Below are positions 48,235 to 59,689 of a DNA stretch of 64,000 nt, piece after piece. Position 1 is the first letter of the stretch. The number at the start of each line of letters is the position of its first letter. Origin of the DNA: Phycisphaera sp. TMED9 (lineage in GTDB: Bacteria > Planctomycetota > Phycisphaerae > Phycisphaerales > SM1A02); contig NHBO02000064.1 of NCBI GenBank assembly GCA_002167845.2, forward strand, positions 80,910 through 144,909. Direction: 5' to 3'. The translations under genes and the position numbers were made by a program. Below the pieces are notes generated by a model that saw only the letters and a program-made list of their open reading frames with translations, was not told where the DNA came from and searched no databases.

Positions 48235-48908
48235 TGCCACGTCTCATCGTCTACAGCGTGATGGTTCTCTTGATGCTGGCGCTGATTCCGCCGGTGGTGG
48301 CCGCTCGAGTGCGAGCGACGCCGTCCGAGGGTCGCCCCATCCACATCATCCAGGACATGGACATTCAGGCGAAGTTCAAGGCGCAGTCGGAGAACCCGGA
48401 ATACGCGGACCAGCGTGCGATGCGACCCGAAGTCGTGGGTGCCGTGGCTCGCGGCGAGACCTATCTGAATCCGCATCTTCAAAATGGAGTGGTCGACGGT
48501 GGGTGGGCGACCTCTCTCCCCGAGGCGATCAAGCTCGAACTGAAGACCGTCGAACGAGGTCAGCAGCGATACAACATCTACTGCGCACCCTGTCATGGCT
48601 GGAACGGCAGTGGCCAGGGCCCCGTGAATCAGCGGGCCCTCAGTCTCATGAACAACGCCGACGGCCCCCCCGATGGGACCAGTTGGACGCAGGCCCGGAA
48701 TCTTCATGATCCGGGTTGGAGCGAACAGCCGATCGGCCAGATCTTCAACACGGTCACCAACGGCAAGAATTCCATGGCGGGCTACGAGTCACAGATCACC
48801 GTCGAGGATCGCTGGGCGATCTCGATCTACGTCAAGGCGCTCCAACGAAGCCAGAACGCGGTGATGCAGGACGTCCCCACGTCCGTGCGTGAGGAGTGGA
48901 ACCGATGA
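48234..48908 (+). CDS. actE: Alternative complex III subunit ActE (monohaem cytochrome c)
   Basis: Single 'CAPCHG' and an N-terminal TM anchor. The ATG overlaps the actD TGA. Confidence 0.85.
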   Translation: MPRLIVYSVMVLLMLALIPPVVAARVRATPSEGRPIHIIQDMDIQAKFKAQSENPEYADQRAMRPEVVGAVARGETYLNPHLQNGVVDGGWATSLPEAIKLELKTVERGQQRYNIYCAPCHGWNGSGQGPVNQRALSLMNNADGPPDGTSWTQARNLHDPGWSEQPIGQIFNTVTNGKNSMAGYESQITVEDRWAISIYVKALQRSQNAVMQDVPTSVREEWNR

Positions 48909-50260
48909 GCAGCATCCACGTCGCCAAGCCCGATCTCTCCGAGGCCAACGTTCGTCTCGGCTCCGCCGCCATGGGTGTCCAGCAGGGCGCCGGTCTGGTC
49001 GGCATCATCGGTCTCGTCGCCAGTGCGGTGATCGGCTTCGGCGGGATGTTCGGCACCACGCCGACCTTCCTGATGAAGAGCTGGACGCAGAACTACATGT
49101 TCGTGCTCGCGATTTCGCTGGGGGCGCTCTTCTTCGTGTTCATCCAGCACCTGACGCGAGCCGGCTGGAGCACCACGGTCCGTCGCCCCGCGGAATTGAT
49201 CGCGGCGAATCTGAAGTGGGCGTGGGTCGGACTGATTCCCTTCGCCGCGCTCTGGCTTTCCGGTGGCGGTCATGTCGAAGGCGGCGACGGCGCTCATTCG
49301 CACTGGGGCCCCGGCGTGCTCTTCCCCTGGGCCGACCTCGAGGCGCTCAAGGCGCATCATCCCGCGGAATACGACATCGTCGCCGCGAAGTCCGCCTATC
49401 TGAACTCCACGTTCTTCTGGATCCGGGCGATCATCTACGTGACCTTCTGGGGCGTGGTGTCCACCTGGTTCCTCAGGACCAGCATCGCCCAGGACGCGAC
49501 CGGAGACATCCGGCTCACCGAGAAGATGCAGAAGTGGTCGGGGCCCGTCGCGATCGGCTTCGGACTGACCGTGACCTTCGCCGCCTTCGACTGGATCATG
49601 TCGTTGAGCCCCGCCTGGTTCAGCACGATGTTCGGTGTCTACTTCTTCTGCGGCTGCTGCACCTGCGGGTTCTCGGTGTTGATCATCTCGGTCCTGCGGC
49701 TCCAGTCCGTCGGCAGATTGAAGCAGGTCGTGAATCGCGAGCATTATCAGGACATGGGCAAGCTCCTCTTCGCCTTTGGAATGATCTTCTGGGCCTACAT
49801 CGGATTCAGTCAGTACATGCTGATCTGGTACGCCAACATCCCCGAAGAGACCGGCTGGTTCCTCGGCCGGCAGATCGGCGGATGGGGGACGCTCTCCTTC
49901 GTCCTGCTCTTCGGCCACTTCGTGGTGCCGTTCGTCGCATTGATCTCCAAGTGGACCAAGCGGCTCTCCTGGTACCTCCTCGCCGCGGCGATCTGGATGC
50001 TCTTCTTCGGGTGGTTCGACCTCTACTGGTTGATCATGCCGGAGGTCCCCGCGGATGCCATGACCGCGAAGACCTACATGGAGGTCGTCGAAGCCCACGC
50101 GGACGCCTCGACCCACATCTTCAATCCCCTCAACTACACGATGCTCGCCGGAGTCGGCGGTATCTACCTCTGGATGACGATTCGTCGCATGCGAGCATCA
50201 ACCTTGCTCGCTCTTCGAGATCCGCGACTCCACGAGGGCTTGGCCTTCGAAAATCAATGA
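48896..50260 (+). CDS. actF: Alternative complex III subunit ActF (second NrfD-like membrane subunit)
   Basis: Polytopic membrane protein paralogous in architecture to ActC. An alternative ATG at 48905 overlaps the actE stop. Confidence 0.85.
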   Translation: MEPMSSIHVAKPDLSEANVRLGSAAMGVQQGAGLVGIIGLVASAVIGFGGMFGTTPTFLMKSWTQNYMFVLAISLGALFFVFIQHLTRAGWSTTVRRPAELIAANLKWAWVGLIPFAALWLSGGGHVEGGDGAHSHWGPGVLFPWADLEALKAHHPAEYDIVAAKSAYLNSTFFWIRAIIYVTFWGVVSTWFLRTSIAQDATGDIRLTEKMQKWSGPVAIGFGLTVTFAAFDWIMSLSPAWFSTMFGVYFFCGCCTCGFSVLIISVLRLQSVGRLKQVVNREHYQDMGKLLFAFGMIFWAYIGFSQYMLIWYANIPEETGWFLGRQIGGWGTLSFVLLFGHFVVPFVALISKWTKRLSWYLLAAAIWMLFFGWFDLYWLIMPEVPADAMTAKTYMEVVEAHADASTHIFNPLNYTMLAGVGGIYLWMTIRRMRASTLLALRDPRLHEGLAFENQ

Positions 50261-50302
50261 GCCCCACCGGCTCGATCGCCTTTCCGGTCCGGAAGCACTG
50301 AT

Positions 50303-50695
50303 ATGAGTGAACACAACACCGATCCCGAACTCCTGAATCCGGGTCTCCCCGAGGACGACCCAGAACCCGGAGTCACCTGGTTCATCTCGCTGATCAGCCT
50401 GGTGCTCATGGTGATCACGGTTCTTGCTTCAGTCGCCATGTACTTCGGCTTCGTCGAAGGAGAAGTCGACCGAAAAATCGTCGATCGGCCGGTCGTCGAA
50501 CTGCAGGAACTGCGGCTCGGCCAGCAGGAACAACTCACCGAGTACGAGCAGTACGAGATTGAAGACGCCGAAGGCAACATGTTGAAGAGAATCCGAATCC
50601 CGATCAGCAAGGCGATGGAAAGCGTGATTGCGGGAGGCCGTGCCTCCGCCGACGCCGCCGAGTCCGATGAATCAGGAGCAGTCGCCAGCCGATGA
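50303..50695 (+). CDS. Small single-TM protein with an acidic C-terminal region (in the ActG position)
   Basis: 'VTWFISLISLVLMVITVLASVAMYFGF' TM helix. The stop overlaps the next gene's start. Confidence 0.6.
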   Translation: MSEHNTDPELLNPGLPEDDPEPGVTWFISLISLVLMVITVLASVAMYFGFVEGEVDRKIVDRPVVELQELRLGQQEQLTEYEQYEIEDAEGNMLKRIRIPISKAMESVIAGGRASADAAESDESGAVASR

Positions 50696-51627
50696 CCGAG
50701 CACGCCGTTCCATTCCGACGCAGCCGCATCGAGACCGACCACATCGTCGGCTCCCGAGCCCGTCGCGGTCTCCTCAGCCGTCTCGCGACGGTTGGAGTGC
50801 TGGCGTTGACCGGAACGATGGCTTCGGCGCAGGATCCGGAATTCAACGACGACGTCCCACCCGAGCTCGTCGGCGTGGACATCATCGAGCATCTCGACGA
50901 GACACTTCCGCTCGACCTGGTCTTCACCGATGAGGACGGTCAGGAGATCAAGCTCGGCGATCTTCTCGACGGCGATCGTCCCGCGATCCTGCAGATGGGC
51001 TACTTCAAGTGTCCGATGCTCTGCAATCTCGTGCTCAACGAGACGATGGACGGGCTGACGGGGGTCGATGACCTTTCCGCCGGCACGGACTTCGACCTCA
51101 TCGCAGTGAGCGTGAACCCCCGAGAGAGCCACGAGCTCGCGAAGATCAAGAAGGAGGGTTACCTCCTGGAGTACGGTCGCCCGGGCGCGTCCAGAGGCTT
51201 CCACTTCCTGACCGGATCGGCGGAAAACACTCGAGCCCTCGCGGATGCCGTCGGCTTCAAGTATCGACTTCAGGACGATGGCGAGTATGCACACGCCGCC
51301 GCGCTCTTCATCATCACTCCGGACGGGCGGATCTCCCGCTATCTCTACGGAGTTCGATACGAGCCGGCCACCCTGCGTTTCGCATTGATGGAAGGCGCCG
51401 AAGGCCGCATCGGCTCCACGCTCCAACGCTTCATCCTCTGGTGCCATGTCTACGACCCGGATTCGGGTTCGTACCACCTGCTCGCCTTCCGGGTGATGCA
51501 GCTGGGTGGGCTGGCCACGCTCTTCGTGATGGTGGCGGGTGTCGGTCTGCTCTGGGTCCGTGAACGCAGAGGTACGCCGCCCGCCGATTCCGCCGATCAG
51601 ATCGCCTCGACGAGGGGCGCCCCTTGA
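50692..51627 (+). CDS. SCO1/SenC-family copper chaperone / thiol-disulfide protein
   Basis: 'GYFKCPMLCN' (CxxxC), a downstream conserved His in 'EYAHAAALFIITPDGRI', a Tat/Sec-like N-terminus 'SRARRGLLSRLATVG', and a C-terminal TM helix. Confidence 0.85.
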   Translation: MTEHAVPFRRSRIETDHIVGSRARRGLLSRLATVGVLALTGTMASAQDPEFNDDVPPELVGVDIIEHLDETLPLDLVFTDEDGQEIKLGDLLDGDRPAILQMGYFKCPMLCNLVLNETMDGLTGVDDLSAGTDFDLIAVSVNPRESHELAKIKKEGYLLEYGRPGASRGFHFLTGSAENTRALADAVGFKYRLQDDGEYAHAAALFIITPDGRISRYLYGVRYEPATLRFALMEGAEGRIGSTLQRFILWCHVYDPDSGSYHLLAFRVMQLGGLATLFVMVAGVGLLWVRERRGTPPADSADQIASTRGAP

Positions 51628-51724
51628 CCGATCTCCTCTCGCAGTTCCGCCGGTCTCTTCGATCGGATTCCATGATCTCTCGTCGCGTCGAAATTCTTCG
51701 ATCCGACAACGACCCGAGCCAGCC

Positions 51725-52969
51725 ATGATCGACCTTTCCTCGACTCTCGCCAATCTCGCTTCGAACACGGTGCTCGCGCTGCAGGACGTCGCGACCTCCG
51801 CCGCGCCCGCCGCGGCCGCGTTCGCGGAACCCGTCGTCGAACAGCGTGAACTCACTGGTGGCTTCTGGCTTCCCCAGGCATCCAGCACGCTCGCGCCGGC
51901 GACGGACTTCGCGTTCAATGCGATCACCTGGCTGAGTTACGTGTTCTTCTTCGGAATCACGTTCGTGCTGGTCTACCTCACCTGGAAGTATCGCCAGCGA
52001 GGCACCGAGGTCCGCTACGACGCCGGCGCACCGGTGCACAACACGCCTCTCGAAGTCGGCTGGACGGTCATCCCGCTCCTGCTGGTGATCGCGATCTTCT
52101 TCATGGGTTTCAAGGGCTTCCTCGATCTCTCGACGCCGCCCAAGAACGCGTACGAGATCAATGTCACCGCGGCGCAGTGGTCGTGGAACTTCAAGTATCC
52201 CAATGGCGCGACCAGCAACGACCTCGTCGTTCCCGCAGGCCAGCCGGTGAAGCTCGTGATGCGTTCCAACGACGTGCTTCACAGCCTGTTCATTCCGGAT
52301 TTCCGGGTGAAGCATGACGTCATTCCCGGTCGGTACACGTACCTCTGGTTCCAGGCCGACGAGCCCACGGGCATCGTCCCCGAGGATCAGATGGCGACGA
52401 CTACGAAGGGGCACTATCTCTTCTGCACCGAGTATTGCGGAACGGACCACTCCAACATGGGCCGCAAGGTCTTCGTGCTCAACGAAGAGGACTTCAAGGA
52501 GTGGGAAGAGACGCAGGCCCGTTGGCTCGACGAGGTCCCAGACGAGGAACTCTACTCCGTCGCGGGTCCCAAGCTCTACCTTCGATGTTCGAACTGTCAC
52601 TCGATCGACGGGACCGCAGGAACCGGCCCGTCCTGGGGCGACCAGACATCCGGCTCCATCGCCGGCCTCGGAAACGTCTGGACGCGGACGATCGAAGGGA
52701 AGACGCCGATCGACGGCGGAACCCGCGACGACGGTGGTTCGACGCTCTCGGACTACATCGGCCCTGGAAAACTCTACGAGACGCCCGAAGACTACATTCG
52801 AGCCTCGATCTACAACCCCGGCGGCCTTCTGGTCTCGGGATACGGTCCGAACATGCCGCACTTCAAGGGGCAGTTGAACGACCGAGCGATCGATGCGCTC
52901 ATCGGGATGATGAAACAACTGGATCAGTTCGACGCCAAGGGCCGGTACATCGGCAAGGCGCCGAACTGA
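51725..52969 (+). CDS. coxB: Cytochrome c oxidase subunit II with a fused cytochrome c domain (caa3-type), copy 2
   Basis: 'HSLFIPDFRVKHDVIPGR', 'CTEYCGTDHSNM' and haem-c 'CSNCHSIDG'. Confidence 0.9.
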   Translation: MIDLSSTLANLASNTVLALQDVATSAAPAAAAFAEPVVEQRELTGGFWLPQASSTLAPATDFAFNAITWLSYVFFFGITFVLVYLTWKYRQRGTEVRYDAGAPVHNTPLEVGWTVIPLLLVIAIFFMGFKGFLDLSTPPKNAYEINVTAAQWSWNFKYPNGATSNDLVVPAGQPVKLVMRSNDVLHSLFIPDFRVKHDVIPGRYTYLWFQADEPTGIVPEDQMATTTKGHYLFCTEYCGTDHSNMGRKVFVLNEEDFKEWEETQARWLDEVPDEELYSVAGPKLYLRCSNCHSIDGTAGTGPSWGDQTSGSIAGLGNVWTRTIEGKTPIDGGTRDDGGSTLSDYIGPGKLYETPEDYIRASIYNPGGLLVSGYGPNMPHFKGQLNDRAIDALIGMMKQLDQFDAKGRYIGKAPN

Positions 52970-53123
52970 CCGTGAAGCCTTCTTCGTCGACCGGGGTGGT
53001 CGACACGTTCGAAATCATGCGGATCGGCATTCGTTCGTCGATTCGATTCCGAAGCACCCCCCTCGTTCTTCGAGGTGAGACACCGCGATCCACGGATCGC
53101 ATCACTTGCTGCAGAGATTCGTC

Positions 53124-54824
<1,701 letters not shown>

Positions 54825-54926
54825 GCCTCGGGCGTCCGCCGGGCGGACGCTCATGCAATTCGCACCCCTTTCGGGGATCTCGGGAACTCGTCCCGATCCC
54901 CATGTTTCCCTTCGGGAGCCTTTCGG

Positions 54927-55889
54927 ATGACCTCCATCCCGGCCAATCCCTCCGATCAAGCCGATGACCACGGTCACGACGACCATGATCATCCGCATGA
55001 TCCGAATCTCGCCCATCACTTCGAGTCCATGGAACAGCAGTTGGACTCGGGGAAGCTGGGAATGTGGTTGTTCCTCGCCACCGAAGTCCTCTTCTTCGGC
55101 GGATTGTTCGCCGCCTATGCGGTGCTTCGCGCCCGCAACCCGGAGGTCTTCTCCTACGCGAGCCACTACCTCGACACGATGATGGGTGGGATCAACACGT
55201 GCGTGCTCATTCTTTCCAGTCTGACCATGGCGCTTGCGGTTCGGTTCGCGCAGCAAGGCAGAAAGACCCTTCTGGTCATCTGTCTCTGGCTCACCATGGG
55301 CGGGGCCGTCGGGTTCCTGGTCATCAAGTACTTCGAGTACTCCCACAAGATTCATGACCACCTGGTCTGGGGTGGCGCTTTCTACGAGCCGGTCGACGAA
55401 GCCCAGAAGGCGCAGCTCGCCACGCCGCTGGTGGCGCTGGATGCACCGCTGGTCGACGGTCCGAAGGAAGCCAACGCGAGCGAAGCCCGGTCGATCGCGT
55501 TGTCACAGATCGTGAACCAGCCGGAGGAAGCCGCATCGAGCATCAAGACCGCGGTCCTCGGACCGGCCGGACTCTCAGCGGCTCCGGCCGCGGCGGAGGC
55601 CGCGATCGAGGACAAGGAGAGCGACGGGCATTCGGCGGCGGGGCATCTTGGTGATCCCGAAATGCCGGTCGGGACGCACCTGTTCTTCGGGATCTACTTC
55701 TGCATGACCGGGCTTCACGGTGTTCACGTGATCATCGGCATGGGAGTGATCGGCTGGTTGATCTGGCGATCACAGCGTGGTGACTTCGGTCCGAAGTACT
55801 TCACGCCCGTGGATCTCGGTGGGCTCTACTGGCATATCGTCGACCTGATCTGGATCTTCCTCTTTCCGCTCTTCTATCTGATTCACTGA
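54927..55889 (+). CDS. coxC: Cytochrome c oxidase subunit III, copy 2, with a ~100-aa hydrophilic insertion
   Basis: His-rich N-terminus 'DDHGHDDHDHPHDPNLAHHFES', 'LFLATEVLFFGGLF' and 'LYWHIVDLIWIFLFPLFYL'. An Ala/Pro/Glu-rich insert sits between helices. Confidence 0.85.
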   Translation: MTSIPANPSDQADDHGHDDHDHPHDPNLAHHFESMEQQLDSGKLGMWLFLATEVLFFGGLFAAYAVLRARNPEVFSYASHYLDTMMGGINTCVLILSSLTMALAVRFAQQGRKTLLVICLWLTMGGAVGFLVIKYFEYSHKIHDHLVWGGAFYEPVDEAQKAQLATPLVALDAPLVDGPKEANASEARSIALSQIVNQPEEAASSIKTAVLGPAGLSAAPAAAEAAIEDKESDGHSAAGHLGDPEMPVGTHLFFGIYFCMTGLHGVHVIIGMGVIGWLIWRSQRGDFGPKYFTPVDLGGLYWHIVDLIWIFLFPLFYLIH

Positions 55890-55957
55890 GCGGATCACCG
55901 GTCGTTCCATTCTCTCTTCAGACCCGGACGATCATCGTCCCGAAACGAGTCAAGAAC

Positions 55958-56377
55958 ATGTCCCACGAAACCACCGCCCAACACGATGAGCACGACGACG
56001 ACCATGGCCTCGGGCACGTCGTGAGTTACGGCGTTCTCTTCGGCACCGGTTCGATCCTCCTGGTGATGACCATCATCACCGTCGCGGTCACCTACGTCGA
56101 CGCGGGCGAGATGAACATGCCGATCGCCCTCGGGATCGCCGGCATCAAGGCGACGCTGGTGGCATTGTTCTTCATGCACCTCTACTGGGACCGACCGTTC
56201 AACGCACTGGTTCTCGTCGCGTCGATCGTGTTCGTGGTGCTTCTCATGATCTTCGTGCTCATGGACAGCGGGCAATACGCTCCAAGCGTGATCAAGGGAA
56301 ATGCGCCGGGAGTCCAGGAAGTGTTGTCGATCGATGCGCCCGGGGCGCCGATCGCCGAGCAGTCTCAAATCCCCTGA
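55958..56377 (+). CDS. Prokaryotic cytochrome c oxidase subunit IV family protein
   Basis: Three TM helices, 'IKATLVALFFMHLYWD', and position after subunit III. Confidence 0.8.
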   Translation: MSHETTAQHDEHDDDHGLGHVVSYGVLFGTGSILLVMTIITVAVTYVDAGEMNMPIALGIAGIKATLVALFFMHLYWDRPFNALVLVASIVFVVLLMIFVLMDSGQYAPSVIKGNAPGVQEVLSIDAPGAPIAEQSQIP

Positions 56378-56396
56378 TCAACGGCAGAATTCCGAT

Positions 56397-56430
56397 CAGA
56401 ACCCCGTGAGAGCGGGGTTCTGTCATTTCT
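56397..56430 (+). terminator. Terminator-like hairpin between the subunit IV gene and the extra subunit III-like gene
   Basis: Perfect 10-bp stem 'cagaaccccg'/'cggggttctg' with a 6-nt loop, followed by 'tcatttct'. Confidence 0.4.
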
Positions 56431-56453
56431 CCACATCGCTATCCTCGAGGGTC

Positions 56454-57059
56454 ATGGCCAACATCGTCTCGCCATTCGAAGATCCATCGACCCGGCTCTC
56501 CGCCGGGCGTTTCGGAATGCTGATCTTCATCGCATCCCTCGCGATGATCTTCGCGGCATCGATCCTCGGAGTCATGGTGGTTCGCTTCGAAGACTCCGGG
56601 GTCTGGCCGCCCGAGGGGATGCCGTCGCTTCCCGGGATTCTTCTCTGGAGCACGGTCGTCTTGATCGCGTCGAGCGGTACGCAGGTCCTCGCAAGCCGGG
56701 CGGCCGGCCGAGGGGACGGCCCGGCACTTCGCCGGTGGATGATCATGACCCTCGGTCTGGCGATCGTCTTTCTGATCATGCAGGGATGGGCGTGGATCGA
56801 TCTCCTCGATCGCGGGCTTGATTTCTCCCGTCATCTCTATGCATGGACCTTCTATTTTCTCACCGGGCTTCATGCCCTGCATGTCATTGGTGGCGTGATT
56901 CCGATGTGCTTCGTCACCGCTCGGGCCGTCCGCCTTGGTTACACCCGGGAGAATCATCGCGGGGTGGCCTACGTCGCGATGTACTGGCATTTCCTCGACG
57001 TGGCCTGGATCACCCTGTACGTCACGTTGCTCTGGGGTGTGGGCACGCTTCCCTGGTGA
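56454..57059 (+). CDS. Additional haem-copper oxidase subunit III-like protein (5 TM, 201 aa)
   Basis: 'GRFGMLIFIASLAMIFAASI', 'FYFLTGLHALHVIGG' and 'AMYWHFLDVAWITLYVTL'. Confidence 0.75.
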   Translation: MANIVSPFEDPSTRLSAGRFGMLIFIASLAMIFAASILGVMVVRFEDSGVWPPEGMPSLPGILLWSTVVLIASSGTQVLASRAAGRGDGPALRRWMIMTLGLAIVFLIMQGWAWIDLLDRGLDFSRHLYAWTFYFLTGLHALHVIGGVIPMCFVTARAVRLGYTRENHRGVAYVAMYWHFLDVAWITLYVTLLWGVGTLPW

Positions 57060-57081
57060 GCGCCGCGCGTCATTCCGCCGG

Positions 57082-58470
57082 TCATCCCGGGACGGCCGCG
57101 GTATCCACGCGGGCGTCGTGGGATGACGGTGACGCCGCTTCGAATCGACGGATGCAGGCGAAGAGCGCGGCGGCGGCGGCCAGAAGCAGTGCGCCGTTCG
57201 CTTGATGCGCCGAAGTCGGCACGAGTTCCCAGATCGGGATTTCCACCGTCTTCCGAAGCACGGTCGAGATGAAGGCGAGTACTCCGAGCGTGAACTGGAT
57301 TCCAACCAGGAGGTTCACCGCCCGCCCGAGACCCGGGACCATCGGAACGCCGGAATCTCGGCGAGCCTTGGCGCGAAGGCCGGCGAACAACGCCGTCACC
57401 AGGGCGACGAGCGAGAACGCCAGGTGGCCGTACATGGCCCACCCGGGAGGAACCGGTGCCGGGGCTCCATCGAGGGCCGGCGTGGCGAAGTGCCGGTAGC
57501 AGGCTCCGAGAAACAGCTGGATGAGCAAGGCCGCGAGAAGCATGCTCGACCAGGCGCGGTCGCCATCCTCTTCCGGGATCGAGATCGCCGGTGATGTCTT
57601 GTCCCGCCAGCGTCGGCTGCTCACGGCCGCGAGCGCCACGAACGCGGCGAAGGTGAGTTGTCCGAAGACGCCATGGGCGACGGCGAAGGCGGTGCTTGGC
57701 TCGACCTCCGTCTGGCTGGTCGTGAACTCGCCGGTGACTCGCAGGCCGCCCATCAGTCCCTGGATGCAGACCATGAGGAAGATGATGCCGGCGAACCAGC
57801 GTACCCAACCTCGATCGTCGTACTTGAAGACCATCACCAGCAGCGTGATGGCGGTCACGCCGACGAGCATTCCATAGAGCCGGTGAGCATGTTCGTAGAA
57901 GATTCCACCCTTCATTTCAGAGAGTGGGTAGAGCAGCATGTTGTGGCCGAAGGAGTTCGGCCAGTCCGGCACCGCGAGCCCGGCCTCCATGCCAGTGACC
58001 AGACCTCCGGTCACGATGAGGACGAAGACGGTTCCGGCCGCGACGAGCGAGAAGAAACTCGCCGGGGCGATCGGCACCGAGCGAGGTCGGAAGCCTCGGC
58101 GTCCGATCATGGCGCCGATTCCACCGAGGACCGCCGACACGACGAAGAGGCCCGCCACCCACGCAATACCGCTGGCGAGCACCGATCCGTCCTCGCCTCG
58201 TCCGAAGAGGCTGCCCACGACCAGAAGATTGACCGCCGCACTGATCAGACCCGTCCCAACCCCCGCGGACGTGGTTCCGACCAGACGTCCTGCGAAGAAC
58301 CCGCCGAGGCCGAGGACCAGCAATTCGGCCCCAAAGACGATCTCGCCCACTGCCAGGCCGGGTTGCATGAACGCCAGGTACCCCAATGCCCACATCAGCG
58401 TGGTGGTCGCGAATCCGAGGCCGATCACAAGGCCTCGAGATCCTGATGATGGAGAAATGGGGGCGTTCAT
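57082..58470 (-). CDS. ctaA: Haem A synthase (COX15/CtaA family) with an N-terminal ~4-TM extension
   Basis: 'GGLVTGMEAGLAVPDWPNSFG' and 'FYEHAHRLYGMLVG', with further His-containing helices. ATG at 58470 (ORF-track start 58578). Confidence 0.85.
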   Translation of the reverse strand: MNAPISPSSGSRGLVIGLGFATTTLMWALGYLAFMQPGLAVGEIVFGAELLVLGLGGFFAGRLVGTTSAGVGTGLISAAVNLLVVGSLFGRGEDGSVLASGIAWVAGLFVVSAVLGGIGAMIGRRGFRPRSVPIAPASFFSLVAAGTVFVLIVTGGLVTGMEAGLAVPDWPNSFGHNMLLYPLSEMKGGIFYEHAHRLYGMLVGVTAITLLVMVFKYDDRGWVRWFAGIIFLMVCIQGLMGGLRVTGEFTTSQTEVEPSTAFAVAHGVFGQLTFAAFVALAAVSSRRWRDKTSPAISIPEEDGDRAWSSMLLAALLIQLFLGACYRHFATPALDGAPAPVPPGWAMYGHLAFSLVALVTALFAGLRAKARRDSGVPMVPGLGRAVNLLVGIQFTLGVLAFISTVLRKTVEIPIWELVPTSAHQANGALLLAAAAALFACIRRFEAASPSSHDARVDTAAVPG

Positions 58471-58657
58471 CGGTGAGGTGGTCCGAACAGGGGATTCGAG
58501 GCCGAGCAGCGATGGATTCGGTCGCGATCGCCACCGGATCAAGGTCTCGGATTCTAGTCGTTTGCATCGGGCGATCACTCGTCGCGATCATCCTTTTCAA
58601 GTTCCGGCGGCCAATCATCGGGCTGATGCCATCCGTGGTCGTAGAATCCTCGGGTTC

Positions 58658-59689
58658 ATGAGCGATGCCGCCCCCGAGGTTCCGATCGAGCCGAACGCAG
58701 ACACCTCCACGGTGTTCGCGGGGACGCCGCGTGCGGGTGTCCGGCGGATGATCATGGACGTCACCAAGATGCGATTGAATGCGCTGGTGCTTCTGACCAC
58801 CGCGGTCGGATACGTTCTGGGACGAACTGGCGCTCCGGATTTCGGTTGGTCGGGGTTGATGTTGACGCTCTTCGGCACGGGGCTCGCCGCCGCCAGCGCC
58901 GCCATGCTCAATCAGGTGATCGAGCAGACCCGGGACGCGAAGATGCATCGAACGCGCGAGCGACCGGTCGCAAGTGGTCGTCTTTCCGCGAGTCTCACGC
59001 TTCTCGTCGGAATCGCGCTGGCGTATGCAGGGTTCGCGATCCTCAGTGGATGGGTCGGCCTGACGCCTGGCGTGTTGGCGGTCTCCAACGTCGTGATCTA
59101 CGCGGCGATCTACACCCCGCTCAAACCGATCACCACCACGAACACGTTGTTCGGGGCCATCTGTGGCGCCATCCCTCCGATGATCGGATGGAGCGCCGCC
59201 ACGGGTGGGCTCGAAGCGGGCGCCTGGATATTGGGTGGTTTGTTGTTCGTCTGGCAACTTCCGCACTTCTTTGCATTGGCCTGGATGTATCGGGATGACT
59301 ATCGGCGCGGTGGTCATGCGATGCTCCCGGTTCTCGATACGAGTGGTCGCATCACCGGTCAGGTCATGACCTCGACGGCGGCGCTTCTGGTTCCGGTGGG
59401 ACTGACCGCGACGCTGTTCGGCGTCGCAGGTTGGATTTCCGCGGCCGCGTGCGTCATCTTCGGCATCTGGTTCACGCTCCGGTGTGCCCGGTTCTGGCGA
59501 TCGCCCAGTGATGCACTGGCCCGAAGCGCCTTCTTCGCCAGTCTGGCCTATCTGCCGCTGGTACTCGGCGTCATGGTGTTGGATCGTGGAGCGGTGAATC
59601 CCGAGTCATGGCTTCGCGGTGGGCGTGATCCGGTGTTCACCGAGGTCGAGACCGAGACTCCCGCCGGGGACGAGGTTCAGCAGCCGTGA
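58658..59689 (+). CDS. ctaB: Protohaem IX farnesyltransferase (haem O synthase)
   Basis: UbiA-family polytopic protein with 'NQVIEQTRDAKMHRTRERPVASG' and 'WMYRDDYRRGGHAML'. It is divergent from ctaA. Confidence 0.9.
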   Translation: MSDAAPEVPIEPNADTSTVFAGTPRAGVRRMIMDVTKMRLNALVLLTTAVGYVLGRTGAPDFGWSGLMLTLFGTGLAAASAAMLNQVIEQTRDAKMHRTRERPVASGRLSASLTLLVGIALAYAGFAILSGWVGLTPGVLAVSNVVIYAAIYTPLKPITTTNTLFGAICGAIPPMIGWSAATGGLEAGAWILGGLLFVWQLPHFFALAWMYRDDYRRGGHAMLPVLDTSGRITGQVMTSTAALLVPVGLTATLFGVAGWISAAACVIFGIWFTLRCARFWRSPSDALARSAFFASLAYLPLVLGVMVLDRGAVNPESWLRGGRDPVFTEVETETPAGDEVQQP

